Part shown: piece after piece, positions 38,667 through 52,609 of the stretch
Layout: each line of letters opens with the position of its first letter
Position numbering within the stretch: position 1 is the stretch's first letter
Assembly: GCF_009914755.1 (NCBI RefSeq)
Contig: NC_060931.1
Length of the DNA: 64,000 nucleotides
Direction: 5' to 3' (one strand)
DNA from: the human T2T-CHM13v2.0 reference genome, Homo sapiens
Notes under the pieces: generated by a model
Seen by the model: the letters and a program-made list of their open reading frames with translations, nothing else
Told to the model about the DNA's origin: nothing
Databases searched by the model: none
Translations under genes and position numbers: made by a program

Positions 38667-40419
38667 TGATTAGTCTTTTGTTCTTTTAAACCAAGACATT
38701 ATATAATTTAGGAAGCATACATGAATTGTACTTGAGTTCATTTTCTATATCATAATCAATATCTTCAGTATCCAATCAACTACTCTGTGCAGTTCATGAA
38801 TTGATAGCCATTATTTTCATCCCTGGCCATCCTGCTTGATCATAGATCGCATCCTCTTTGCACGTGTTCATGCTTGCTGCTTGGATAATCTCTTGAATTG
38901 TGGTGAGGTCACAAATCATATTTTTAAAAAGTGTTTTTTCTTACACTAGACTATTTCAGAGCTAAGCTGTTCATTGGAGTGGTCACTGTCTTTGGAATTA
39001 GAACATTTTTACATAAACCTGTTGACTTTTCTGCTTATTCTTTTGGAGTTAGAGAAGGTCTAGGCTTGGTCTATTTTGGTTTACAATCCAGTGAAAGATA
39101 CACTGTATACATTATATAAATTTAGATAAGGTTCTTTCCAAATATTTGAAAAAAGGATGTTTTAGGTCCAGACTGAAACCTGAAGAGCATTCCTTTTTCT
39201 TTTCTCCTCAGCTTTATATTCTAGTTGTAACTTCCCAATTATGGGTGTCGAAAACACTGCTGGTGGGGAGTGAGTTATCACGTGGACACTAACAGTGTTG
39301 TAACAGATAGGGACAGATCTCCAAGAAAGCCTTCTCCTCTACATAAAGGACTGAGCCCACCTTGCAGCTGGTCTGCTGCCTGAATGCTGCGTATCAGCAA
39401 GTTAGGAGGATATTTGAGCGATGGGTCCTGACTGCCCTTGCCTTCAGCCTTCACTCTGCCAAGCTAGGATGCCAGTGAGCCTTGCCAGGGTCCCTTCCTA
39501 ATTCTCTTACAAATATTACTCAGTCTCACAGGGGTTGCTGCTTTGACTTGGTGTCTGTTCCTCCAGTCTTATATAAATACCATCTTAGCAGACAGAAACT
39601 CCTCCCAGGGTCTAGAGTCTAGATGGGCTGTCTCCTGATTTCAAGGACAGGTATAGGGTTTTCCCTATTTGTATATTCACTGGCCATTTTAGGGAATTAT
39701 AGAGAAAGGTCCATATGTCTATGCCCACGATGCCATATTTCCTAGAAAATCACTCCTCATGTCATGACTCAAATAAAATACAACTGTGCTATTTTTAAAT
39801 TATTTATAGAAATAAACATATGTCAGATAATTTCTCTCACTGACCTTGTTTCGTGTAAGATAAGAACACTTAAAAATAGTGGGATTGTTCAAAATATACA
39901 TTTTTCTAACAATTTCATCATTGTTAGAATTTAAATTTCACAAATTGTATCAACAGCTTGTTGGGGATATGACTCTTCTACTATGGGGATGTACCATCTG
40001 TTGCAACACTGCAAATATGGAGAGTCTGTCTTTCCATTTTTTCTAAATAGGACATGTTGTAGAATAGTGTACATAGAACTCATACTGAACTCTTCCAGCA
40101 TACCGTTATTGACTCAAATTCTCACGATGTCCCTAACAACAAAAACAGCATTAACTGATACTGTAAATTAAAATAAGCAGTCTGGAATATGTATGTTATC
40201 CAAAATATAATAACAAAACTGTAGCATTTAGAATTTGTGAAATCATAATCCTTGTTTCAAAGTAAGTACTGAAGAAGAATTTGAGTATCTAATCAAAAAA
40301 GTTCTGCAAACAGCTCCACACATTTGCTGAGCAACTCCAAATATAATTATTTATCACAAAAAAATCCACAGACTGTGGCTTAAACACAAGAGTGACAGCC
40401 AGACTTCAGATTTAAAATG

Positions 40420-40660
40420 ATGCTCTGTTGTCATGCGAAGAATTGATTGTGCAGGGCAAGGAACACAAGGTTACCTGTTAGGAGACTATTCCAATAATAC
40501 AGGCAAGAAACAGTGGCTTGGACTGGAAGATGATAGTGGAAGTGAAGGGGTCAGATAAATATTGAAAGCAGAGTCAGGAAAATTTTCTAAGGAAATGGTT
40601 GTGGGGGTTAGAGAGAGAAGAATCAAGTATGGCTCCAAAGATTTTGGTCTAAGCAAGCAA
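40420..40660 (-). mobile_element. L2 fragment
   Basis: gttaggagactattccaataatacaggcaaga..gtggcttggact...ctccaaagattttggtctaagc. Confidence 0.6.
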
Positions 40661-41319
40661 TATCTGGCTCTTGGTTGTCATCACATCGTTTCCCCTTGTT
40701 CTAGAACCCCTAGACCATGATAAGTCTATTTTCTCACACTGCTTTTTAGTTGATCAGAGTCCTTTGCTACATACAAAATTGCAAGTGACAGCAATCACCC
40801 CAATTCCTCCTCCTTGTACCTCCATTCCTGCCTTGCTTCACTCCACCTACAACGAATCCACCTGTTCCTACAGTTGCCAACTGAATTGGCAGGTCTGAAT
40901 TAAACTGCTGGGTTTGACATTTAAAAAATGGAGTTTTCAGTACTTCTGGGTTCTCCTTTTATTAGGCTAAGCATGAAGGCTGCTAATATTCACCCCACTC
41001 ATCGCAAGACACATGATATCTATGACAAGGCTCCTTAAAAAAAATAGCAGTAAGGCTTCTGGGATTACTTAAACTACTGCATGTGTTTCTTAAAAACAAA
41101 TACGAAAGGTCAAATGTTGCTGAGTGTCAACAATGCCCACAGAAAAATATCATTATGCAGCTTTCTGGAATGTGGCAAAGTCACTGGTGTCCCAGTCTGT
41201 GATGCATAATCATAATTTTCATGACCTATGCTCAACCTTAGAACAGTAATTTTTCAGTTTTCAGTACATGTCTCCATTACTGGGGTTTGGGGAGAGAGGT
41301 AGGAGAGACAGAAAGGGAT

Positions 41320-41480
41320 GTTTTAAGGAAGCAGATTCCTGGGTTCTATTCTCAGAAACTCCGATTCACTACATTTGGGTTGAAATCCAGAAATATAAAC
41401 TAGGGATATGGATTTTTAACACGTACTTTATGTGAATCTGATGCAGTAATGTTTAGATCACCCTTTGAGGAACACAGCTA
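41320..41480. mobile_element. MER5-like hAT MITE fragment
   Basis: gcagattcctggg...tttttaac...gaatctgatgca...ctttgaggaacac. Confidence 0.5.
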
Positions 41481-42103
41481 TGAAGGAGTACAGCAAAAGT
41501 TAACCACAAGGTGCTCCAAAGTACCATGGTACTACATGCATACCTATTAGAGATGCCATGTACATTCCAGAACAGAGCTGCATGCACTCTGATAAACAAT
41601 TGCTTGCTATTATTGTCTTTGACCATAAGAATATGCAGAATAATTTTTTCAATGGTATTTTATTTTCTCTACTCGTGATATATTCCTGGATATTTCAGAA
41701 AGTCTATGTCCCCGTTTTTACTTGTGCCAACATATAAGCTGATTTGGAATACTTTTCTCAAGTTTACACTGCCTATATTCTTTTAAATAAAACTGCTTAG
41801 AAGAGTGACACCAGAAATTCAAAAATATTTGTCATTGAAAATCTCAAATCTTGCTAGGAAATCCTTCTAAATGTTTGATATTAGTGATCATCTTAACTCT
41901 TTTGTGAGCTGATAAAACCGCATCTCAGGCAAAGTGGATCCAGCTGTGGGAGAGTAGGGAGGGGGGGACTGACCAACAAAGTTTCCTAAAGTTGTTGTTC
42001 CTGTTTATCTCTAAGGACCAGCTCTAGGTTTGTTTTTAAGTATCTCCCTCCAGTCCTAACTTACTAAGTAAAAGCTAATAATCCTTTAGGGCCCAATATC
42101 CCA

Positions 42104-42483
42104 TGTATTATTCCTTTTTCATACTGCTATAAAGTACTGCCCGAGACTGGGTAATTTATAAAGGAAGAGGTTTAATTGACTCACAGTTCAGCATGGCTGT
42201 GGAGGCCTCTGGAAACTTAAAAATCATGGTGGAAGGTGAAGAGGAAGCAGGACACCCTCCCCTCAAGGCAGCAGAAAAGACAAGTGCAGAGTAAAGGGGG
42301 AAGAGCCCCTTATAAAACCATCAAATCTCGTGAGAACTCACTCACTGTCACGAGAACAGCACAGAAAAAAACCGCCGTCATGATTCAATTACCTCCACCT
42401 GGTTTCTTCCTTCATATATGGAGATTAGGGGGATTACAGTTCAAGATGAGATTTAGGTGGGGACACGAAGCCTAACCATATCA
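42104..42483 (-). mobile_element. THE1C/D-like solo LTR
   Basis: tgtatta...gagactgggtaatttataaaggaagaggtttaattgactcacagttc...aaccatatca; TSD tccca/ttcca. Confidence 0.9.
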
Positions 42484-42554
42484 TTCCACTTACTCCAGGA
42501 AGAAATTTTATTGCTTTCTGCATTCTTGATGTTCATTCCAAATAGAGCAATAAT

Positions 42555-42730
42555 TCTCACCCTGGGCCATAACTGGAATCACCTGGAGAGGGTTTAAAAC
42601 TACCGATGGCTGGATTTCTCACCCTGACATCTGATTTAGGGTAACTGTTTTCAGGTAAGGCCTGAGCTGCAGGATATTTAAGAGCTCCTTGGGTAATTCC
42701 AGTGAAGAGATAAGATTGCAAACCACAGCT
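42555..42730. mobile_element. MER5-like hAT MITE
   Basis: ggaatcacctggagag..ttaaaactaccgatg...agctccttgggtaattc. Confidence 0.55.
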
Positions 42731-43372
42731 GTATATGGACCCTGTTACCTCAACTTGGGATTCACCACAAGTCAGACCAGTTTTGCATATTTTGACCCTA
42801 GCTCACTCCACGTCTCCCAGTCTCGTTCTCTTCTTTTCCTTTTCTCTCCCTCAAATCTTTAAGCTCTTCCTTTACTTAAAAAATGTTCTCCTTATAGATT
42901 TTAAACTATCTCACCTAATTTTTTTGGTAATTACTATTAATGAGTCCTTACATTTTATCTCACCTATTTGAACTCTAATCTCAGCACTATGCTTTTTACA
43001 TTTATGTTTTTGTTGACTTCTAATCTACTATAGTCACTCAAAATCTTGTTATTTTCCTATCGTTATTCTTTTGTGAATTTAAATAGTATTTTAAGTATCA
43101 TACTAATTACCTAATTACTTTTCGTTAAAACTTTATTTGCAATTCAACAACTTTAGTCCTTATCTGTTGTATTATTATTAAGTTCACTGTTCTCAGACAT
43201 TTCAGATTGTTTTCTCCTCTGGACAGAAACAATGAGAGAACCCACAGCAACGTATGTGGGATGGGGAGTTCTTCACTCTGCTGACCTTCTGCATATCTCT
43301 GTAGTGTCACTGAGTATTTTCAAATATCACTTAAAATGGAATGAGTTTCTTTTCCTTAAAAACTGGAACAAG

Positions 43373-43673
<301 letters not shown>

Positions 43674-44883
43674 CTACTGTCACCATTCTTATTCCATAGA
43701 ATATTGGAAATAGCCAGACCAATCAGGCAAGGGGAAAAATAAAAGGTATCCGTATTGGGAAAGAGGAAGTCAAACTGTCCCTCTTTTCAGATGGCATGAT
43801 TGTATATATAGAAAAGCCTGAAGTTTCCACCAATAAAACTCTTAGAACTGATAAAAATAAAATTTCAGTAAAGTTGCAAGATACAAAATTAATATACAAA
43901 AATTGATGGCTTTTCTATACATCAAAATGTACTTATTGAAAAAGAAATCAAGAAAGCAATCCCGTTTACAATAGCTACAAAAAAAAAAAACAAACCCTAC
44001 ACTCCTATCTCTCACCACACACAAAAATCAACACAAAATGAATTAAGAACTTAAACATAAGACCTGAAACTATAAAATGACTAGAAGAAAGCAAGGAAAT
44101 GCTTCAGGACATTGGTCTAGGCAAAGATTTTATGGTTAAGACTTCAAAAGCACAGGTAACAGAAACAAAAACTAATGGGACATTAGAATAAAATGTTTCT
44201 GCACAGTAAGGGAAATAATCAACAGAGTGAAGAGACAACCTCTGATATGGGAGAAAATATTTGCAAACTATTCATCCAACAAGGCACTAACGTCTAGAAT
44301 ATACAAGGAACTCAACTGCAATAATAATAATAATAATTCCATTAAAAAGTGGGCAAAGGGTCTGAATAGACATTTCTTAAAAGAATACATACAAATGGCC
44401 AACAGATACATGAAAAAAATGCTTGACATCACTACTCATCAGGGTAACGCAAATCAAAATCACAATGAGAGATCATCTCATCCAGTTAGAATGGCTACTA
44501 TTAAATTGAGAAAACATAAGAAATGCTGATAAGAATGAAGAGAAAAGTGAACAAGAGTTCCCTGTTGGTAGGAATGTAAATTAGTGACTTTGGACAACAG
44601 TGTTGTGGTTTCTCAAAAAATTACAAACAACTACCATACAATCTAGCAATCCTACTATTGAGCATCTATCTGAAGGAAAGAAAATCAGTATATCAAAGGG
44701 ATACCTGCATCCCCATGTTTATGGCAGCACTATTCACTATTTATAGCCAAGATTTGGAATTAACCTAGGTGTCCATCAACAAATGAATGGATAAATAATA
44801 TTTGGTACATGTACACAATGGTATACTATTCATCCATACAAAGAAATGAAATTATGTCATTTGCAGCTACATGGATGAAACTA

Positions 44884-45200
44884 GGCTGGGCACAGTGACT
44901 CACATTGTAATCCCAGCACTTTGGGAGGCTGAGGTGGGTAGATCACTTGAGCCTAGGAGTTGGAGACCAGCCTGGGAAACATGGCAAAACCCCCTCTCTA
45001 CAAAAAGTACAAAAATTAACTAGGCATGGTAGTGTATGCCTGTAGTCCCAGCTACTCAGGAGACTGAGTTGGGAGGATTGCTTCACCCAGGAGGTTGAGG
45101 CTACAGTGAGCTGTGACCCTGCCACCACACTCCAGCCTAGGTGGCAGAGCAAGATCTTGAAAAAAGAAAAAAAGAAAGAAAAGAAAAGAAAAGAAAAAAG
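44884..45200 (+). mobile_element. AluJ with a (GAAAA)n tail
   Basis: J-type wording (ggaggattgcttcacccaggaggttgaggctacagtgagctgtga); interrupts the L1 at gaaact. Confidence 0.9.
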
Positions 45201-46619
45201 AAACTGGAGGTCATTATGTTAAGTGAAATAAGCCAGGCACAGAAGGACAAATAACACATGTTCTCACTCATATGGTGGGAGCTAAAAAGAGTTGATCTCA
45301 TGGAGGTAGAAAGTAGAATGATAGTTACCAGAGACAGAGAAGGGTAGTGGAAAGAGGGGGATGAGAAGAGGATGGTTAATGGGGCAAATACACAGGAGTA
45401 AGTTCAAGTTTTCAATAGCACAGTTGGGTGACTTTAGTTAATAATTGATGGTATATTTCAAAATAGCTGGAAGAGAAGATTTGAAACGTTCCCAACACAA
45501 AGAAATGATAAATGTCTGAGATGACAAATATCCTAAATACCCTGTTTTGATCATTATACATTGTATGCATGTATCAAAACATCACAGTACCACATAAATA
45601 CACTCAATTATTATGTGTCAATAATAAAAATGGCCTTGCTTTTTAATATTTTACATCATTCAAAGTTTACATAAAGAACTACCTGTTTTAAAATCCTTTT
45701 AATTGGACACAAAGAACCATTGAACATGCAGGAAAAAATGTCAGCATTGCTACCCAGCCAGGAGAGACTGTAGGGAGACAGCAGTGGGTAGGGGTGGAGA
45801 GGGATTTAAGCCTCTATTTTCCCCTTGATGGGGGACCAGTTGGCATGAAATGTGAAAAGAACTCTTGAGAGGATATTTAGAGGTAGATCCAAAACAAGGT
45901 ATGTGGTATCATATGTATTCCATTTAATTCTTGTATTCTTATTTTGGGGTTATTTCTGTCTCCATTCTTGATGAAGTCCTCAGAGGACTCCCAGCACTTC
46001 TTGGCTGGACCTTCTTGGCTGTGATTTTCTTGCTCCTTTCTCTAGTTAGGAGAATGGTTTTCAATGGGCTCAGCTGCATTTTAGTTGGGAGGACACATCA
46101 GTTGGTCAGGACTGGTATTACATTAGCTGGCACCAAACAGATATGGGAAGGCACAAATATGAGAAGGGAAGCTGATTTCTCTTCCAGACCATAAGTTTTG
46201 GTTCCACTATATGAGGCTCTCTGGAACTGAGGAGATGGTGGAGGTTCCACAGATCCTTGATTTATTTTCTGAAAGGAAATTACGATGTTATTCTGAGGAA
46301 CATGATGTTCTCATTTACTTACTCATTCCCCAAGTTCTAAGCTGTAATTGTGGGCATGTTTTCCCCTGTTGAGCTACTGCTGAATTTCATCTCATACTTC
46401 TTGCTAAATCATTGGCCGTGCCTTATATTTTAGATCAGATTTGTTGAGAGCTTAGTATGTGCCTGGCCTTGTTCTAAGTGCAGTATATGGACTATTTTAA
46501 ATTTTTAAAAATTCTATTATTACCATTTTTCTAAAGAAGTTAAGTAACCTGTCCAAGATGACATGGCTCAGGTAATCTATCTCCATAGTCTATGTTCACA
46601 ACTGCTCAGTAACCACTTC

Positions 46620-48630
46620 TCTCAGTTACCATTTCTCTGAAGATGTCCGTTTGTCATGCTCACTTTTGAAGACTATTTTCACCAAATGTAGTCGTTCAGT
46701 TTTTCTCAGCAAACACTATTTCATTGTCTTGCAGACTTCATTGTCTGAGATTTCAACCCTCGTTCATTATCTTTATTCACATGTATGTATTGTATCTTTT
46801 TTTTTTCCTCTGGCTGCTTTAAAATTTTCTCTTTATCTTTCAGAAATTTGAGTATAGGGTATTTTTGCTGTTGTTCTCTTTGTATTTATTCTGCTGGTGG
46901 TTTGCTGAGCTTTGTGGATCTTTAAGTTGATGTTTTTTTAACTGAATTTGAGATTTTTTTTTTGGCCATTATTTCTTCAAATATGTTTTCTGTCAGATCA
47001 TTCCCTTCTTTCTCTGGAATATCATTAATACATTTATTAGACACCATGACACTATTCCATTAATCACTGAATCTCTGTTCACTTTTACTTTTAATAGAAA
47101 TGGCATCTCACTATGTTGCCCAGGCTGGTATCAAACTCCTGGGCTCAAGCAGTGTCCCCACCTTGGCCTCCCAAAGTGTTGGGATTACAGGCATGAGTCC
47201 CACCTTGTGTTTACTTTGTTTTCCCTCCAATCTTCTCTCTTTAGATCTATTTCTATTGATTTGTCCTCAAGATCAACAATGCTTTATTCTACTCAGATCC
47301 AATAATTTCTATTGACTTGTCTTCAATATCACTTAGCCTTCCTTTTGCAATCCTCAATTATTAAGCCCACTCAGTGAGTTTTTATTGCAGAGTTTGTACA
47401 TTCTTGAATTTCCACATCCTTATAATGTCTGTTTTTCTCTTCATACTCGCATATGTTCACTCCCCAAGACACTCTTTTCCTTTATGTCTTTGAACATATG
47501 TTTAGTAGTTTCTTTTTGGGGGGACAGGGTCTCACTTGCTGCCCAGGCTGCAGTGCAGTGGCGCAATCATAGCTCACTGAAGCCTCAACCTCCTAGGCTC
47601 AGTGATCCTCCCACCTCAGCCTCCTGAATACCTGGGACTACAGGCACCAGCCACCATGCCCAGCAAATTAATTTTTTTTTTTGGAGGCGGGTCTCATTAT
47701 TTTGCTCAGGCTGGTCTCAAATTCCTGGGCTCAAGTGATCCTCCTGCCTCAGCCTCCCAGAGTGCTGGGATTAAAGTCCTCGTCTGCTGATTCTTATATC
47801 TAGGCCATCTCATGATACGTTTCTTCTGACTGCCTTTTTCCCTCCGTCAATAATGGGTCTTTTTCTTCTCCTTTTTTCATGTGTAGTAACTTTTTATTAT
47901 ATTTTGAACTTTGTGAACAGTATATTGTAGAGAACCTCGATTATGTCATCTTCCTTTATAAGGTGTTAAGTTTTGTTCTGTCAAACAGTTTAATTATTGG
48001 CAGATCCTACTGATCTTTTCAGGTTTGATTTTATTTGCATTAGAGCTAGCTCTTTTTAAGTTTGAACTGCACTGTGACAGTGTGGACCTTCTGGGACCAT
48101 AGTCTTTCTGAGACCTGAGGTGCTCAACAAGTATTCTTCACTCTCACAGGGCTGGAGCTCAGCATCACTCAGCACTGTGCTACCTATACTATCACCTTTC
48201 AGTTCTCAAACTCACACCACAGGACCTCTGCTAGACTCCAGGGTATCACCCCACATGTATTCAGCCAAACTCTGGCCAAGGATTCATGGTGTATCCACAC
48301 TGAGACTCTTGGACTCTGTCCTTTCCCTCCAGTGTAGATTCCCCTTCTCTGTACCTTGTCCTAAAATTTCCAGCCAATTCCTAGCCCAGCACTTAGATTT
48401 CTGACTCCTTTGCTCAGCTACACCTGACACTATTCTTGTCTTCACCTCCCTCTGTGGCAAGAAAGAGCTCCCAGTAGCAGATGGAGGCAATTTTGAAGCT
48501 CAGTTCACAACTGTAATCACGGTCTTCTGGCTTGTTGTCCAATGACTAAAAACAGCTGCTTTATATAATTTGTTAAATTTTATAGTTGTTCTTATGGCAG
48601 GGTTCCATTTATTCTCTTATGGATAGAAGC
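46620..48630 (-). mobile_element. Ancient L1M fragment (ORF1/5' region), with a FLAM at ~47085-47200 and an AluJ at ~47509-47776 (both minus strand)
   Basis: ttcctctggctgctttaaaattttctctttatc and ggccattatttcttcaaata are typical antisense L1M motifs; the Alu pieces are recognisable. Confidence 0.7.
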
Positions 48631-49179
48631 AGAAGCCTAACAATATGTTTGCTTTCTGATTATTTTAATTATTTACTTCCTAGGCTTTGTGATATATTCC
48701 TAAATATACAAGTTTTAGGTCTTTCATCTCTCTGGCTATCAGAGAAAGGCATTTTGCTAGAGTACAGATTAGTCTGTAATCGTATTTATTGACGCTTGGG
48801 TTTATTACTGAGTCAGTTTATTTACTTATTCAATAAACATTTACTGAACACATTATGTGTCACCTATTCTGTTAATATCTTTCCCCTAAGTAGTTTTAGG
48901 AAATTTATATGAACACATCTATTCAATCAATTCAAGATCATGGAGCTCCTACTATTCAGACACGTGTACTCTGATGTTATAAAAACATGTATTTTGTCAT
49001 TTTAAGAGCATATGAAGGAAAAACAAGCATACCTGAGTGTTATGATTAGAGACGTCATGTAGAAAGATCAATGCAAATTTGTTTCTCAGGGGAAAATTTT
49101 GGGCTAGATATATAAATCTCAGAATCCAAACAAAACCTGGTGATCTAAATAACATTATTACCCAGTTATTCTCTTTCAC

Positions 49180-49728
<549 letters not shown>

Positions 49729-49919
49729 AACAAAAACATTATCATACATGTGAAGTGCAGTTTTATTGTCATTAAATATGAGTAACCTTAATAGACCATT
49801 AGCTATAAGACTGAATCACTATTTAAAAGAGAGGCACATTTTCTAAAACCAATAATCGTTTAGAGGTGAGATAGCTTTTCTCTAGCATAAAACTGGCTTA
49901 CAAGTAGTAACCCTATACT

Positions 49920-50135
49920 GTATAGCACAGTGGTTAAGATCACTGGTTCTGGAGCCAGACTGATTCACAATCCTGATTATGACGTTTACTAGCTATATTC
50001 CTTAAGAAAATTATTTAAGCTCTTTGTACGTCCATATTATATAATAATAGTGCTTACCTCATAGGATTATAGTGAGGGTCTCATAAGTAAATAAATGTAA
50101 AACACTTAGAATAGTGTCTCACATATAGTAATCAT
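49920..50135 (+). mobile_element. MIR
   Basis: gcacagtggttaaga..ctggagccagac...acctcataggattatagtgagg...aacacttagaatagtg. Confidence 0.75.
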
Positions 50136-51599
50136 CTATCATCCTCGTCATCCTCTGCATCATTATTATTACTACTTCAAATTAACGCATTTTGATCTAT
50201 AGACAGAAACTTGGTAATTATTTTTTTCTTGAAGGAAATACTAGAAAGCAAAATTGCTTTTTTAAAGAGATGGCGTTATTGTTAACACTGGGTCTTTCTT
50301 ACATCTGTTTCAGATTTTTGCTATGGGTTACAAGCCAGCAAACAGATTTAAGGACTTTTGATTTTCCTTTATCAGTGCCTAGATAAACTTTTTCTTTGCC
50401 CTGCATCTAGTTAGGCCTGGATCCCCTGTAGAAGTGGGATAATATTTTATTCAAGATTATGTCTTGTCAAGCCTTTCAATTTCCATTTGAGGATGCTTAT
50501 CCTATCCTCACCGCAATGATGGTTGGAAATTGTGTCTCTGCATTGAACTGCACCTAAGCAGTAAGCAGAAGAGCTGTACTCCAGATACTTGTGTCAGGGG
50601 ATATAACGGAACTCTCTGCCTCTATCAAAGCTCAGAGGAGGATTGCCTGAGGGAATAGCTGTACCTCCATTCATTTAGTACATCCATTTCGAAGTCTATC
50701 CTTGGGTTATCCAGCTTAGTGAGACCTATAAATCTGTACCATATCATATCAACCCCCACTTATTACCCTTTACTGAATTACACTTTGATATTTCTACTAG
50801 TGGCCTATGTATAAGAAAATTGCTTAAAGAAAAAGCTTCCTTATAAAATTCATTATGGTGTTTATTGTAAAGATGTTAATAAGTTGTAATTCAACACAGT
50901 TACAGTTTCTTTTTTATGAAGGCCCACTGGTGAATTTTCTTTCTGGCTCTAGAACCAGAAATCATGGTGCTTCTCATTTACAACTGGTTTCTGTTGCCTA
51001 ATGGGCACTGCAAATTTCACGGTTAATGCAGTGTTCCTTTCTACATTGGCTATTACAAGCTTAGAGCCAGAAGTTGTGGCCTACTTCAAGAAATTCACAG
51101 AATCTTATGATACACATTTTGTGCATCATCCTTGTTATATTCATTATTGGTTTGATATCCTCTTTCTACTAGCATTTTTCCTTTGCCCCACACTCCTCAT
51201 CCATTTATTCTTAAAATTACTTTATCTCCCTTTATTGTCGGTATTTATAGACAATAAAGTGGGACATAATATTCAAAATCACATCATTGAATGCAAGCAA
51301 TTTCTTTTCTAACTGCGCATAAACAATGCTTGATGAATTCCAGTCACTCTGAAGCCATCAATTTGAGTTATTTTCCCATAAAGAATATCTACTATGGGGA
51401 AATCTACATATTTTTACAGAAGACAATCATTGCCCTATCTAGAGGACACTGCACACAGCACGAATGCATATTGTTCACATGGAAAGAGTCACTGCGATTC
51501 ATAGCTAGCCGGTCTGGATTTGATTCTGATAATGTCAAGTGTGGGATAGACAGTAATTCATACCAGGTGACTTGATATAATACATCAAAGGTACCTTTT

Positions 51600-51677
51600 C
51601 AGTTAAACTGTATGAAATTGCCACTAATTGACAGATCTTGACCTACAAAAATAGCAATATCATATGGTTCAACATAA
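51600..51677. mobile_element. MADE2-like mariner MITE (~80 bp)
   Basis: Imperfect TIRs tatgaaattgcc ... gcaatatcatatggttcaac around ttgacctacaaaaa. Confidence 0.7.
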
Positions 51678-52305
51678 TGCTGGTTCAAATAACTGTGAAC
51701 AAGACTCCATATTGACCTTATAGAATCATGTCACAGAATGAACTTAATTGCGTTGGCTCCTATAAAGGGCTTACATTATACTTTTCCCTTCAATTTTCTT
51801 TTATAAGAAGTAGATTTCTAGGCCATTTTTGTTTATTTTTGCAACAGAAACATTATCAGCTAATAGGATGCACTTCTGATGATTTTGATAAACTTGTAGA
51901 CAGCTATTATACCCAGGGCATTTATTCTGAAGCAAATGCATAGGGGAAGCGAGTATGCTTGCAATGAGTTTACACTTTAGAGTCAAAAACAAGGCATTGA
52001 GTCCATGTTTTGCCACTGACTGTTTCAGTATGTCTGAGAAAATTATTCTCTAATTATCAGGTTAGTTATGTATTAATGGGAAAACACTATCTACCGCAAT
52101 ATGTTGGGGACTTTTCTTACCCCCTTGTTATAGATTTGTAGAAGGCTTTGATAAATAAGTCAATAGCTTTCCTAGTTAAAAACATAACTGTATTTTCACA
52201 GTACTTCTGGGATTCTTAATGAACTAGAAACTTAATTGATCCAAGACTTTCTAAACAGATCTAGCTGAGCACATATAAAACAATAGAAGTGTTTTCTAAA
52301 CTCTA

Positions 52306-52609
<304 letters not shown>
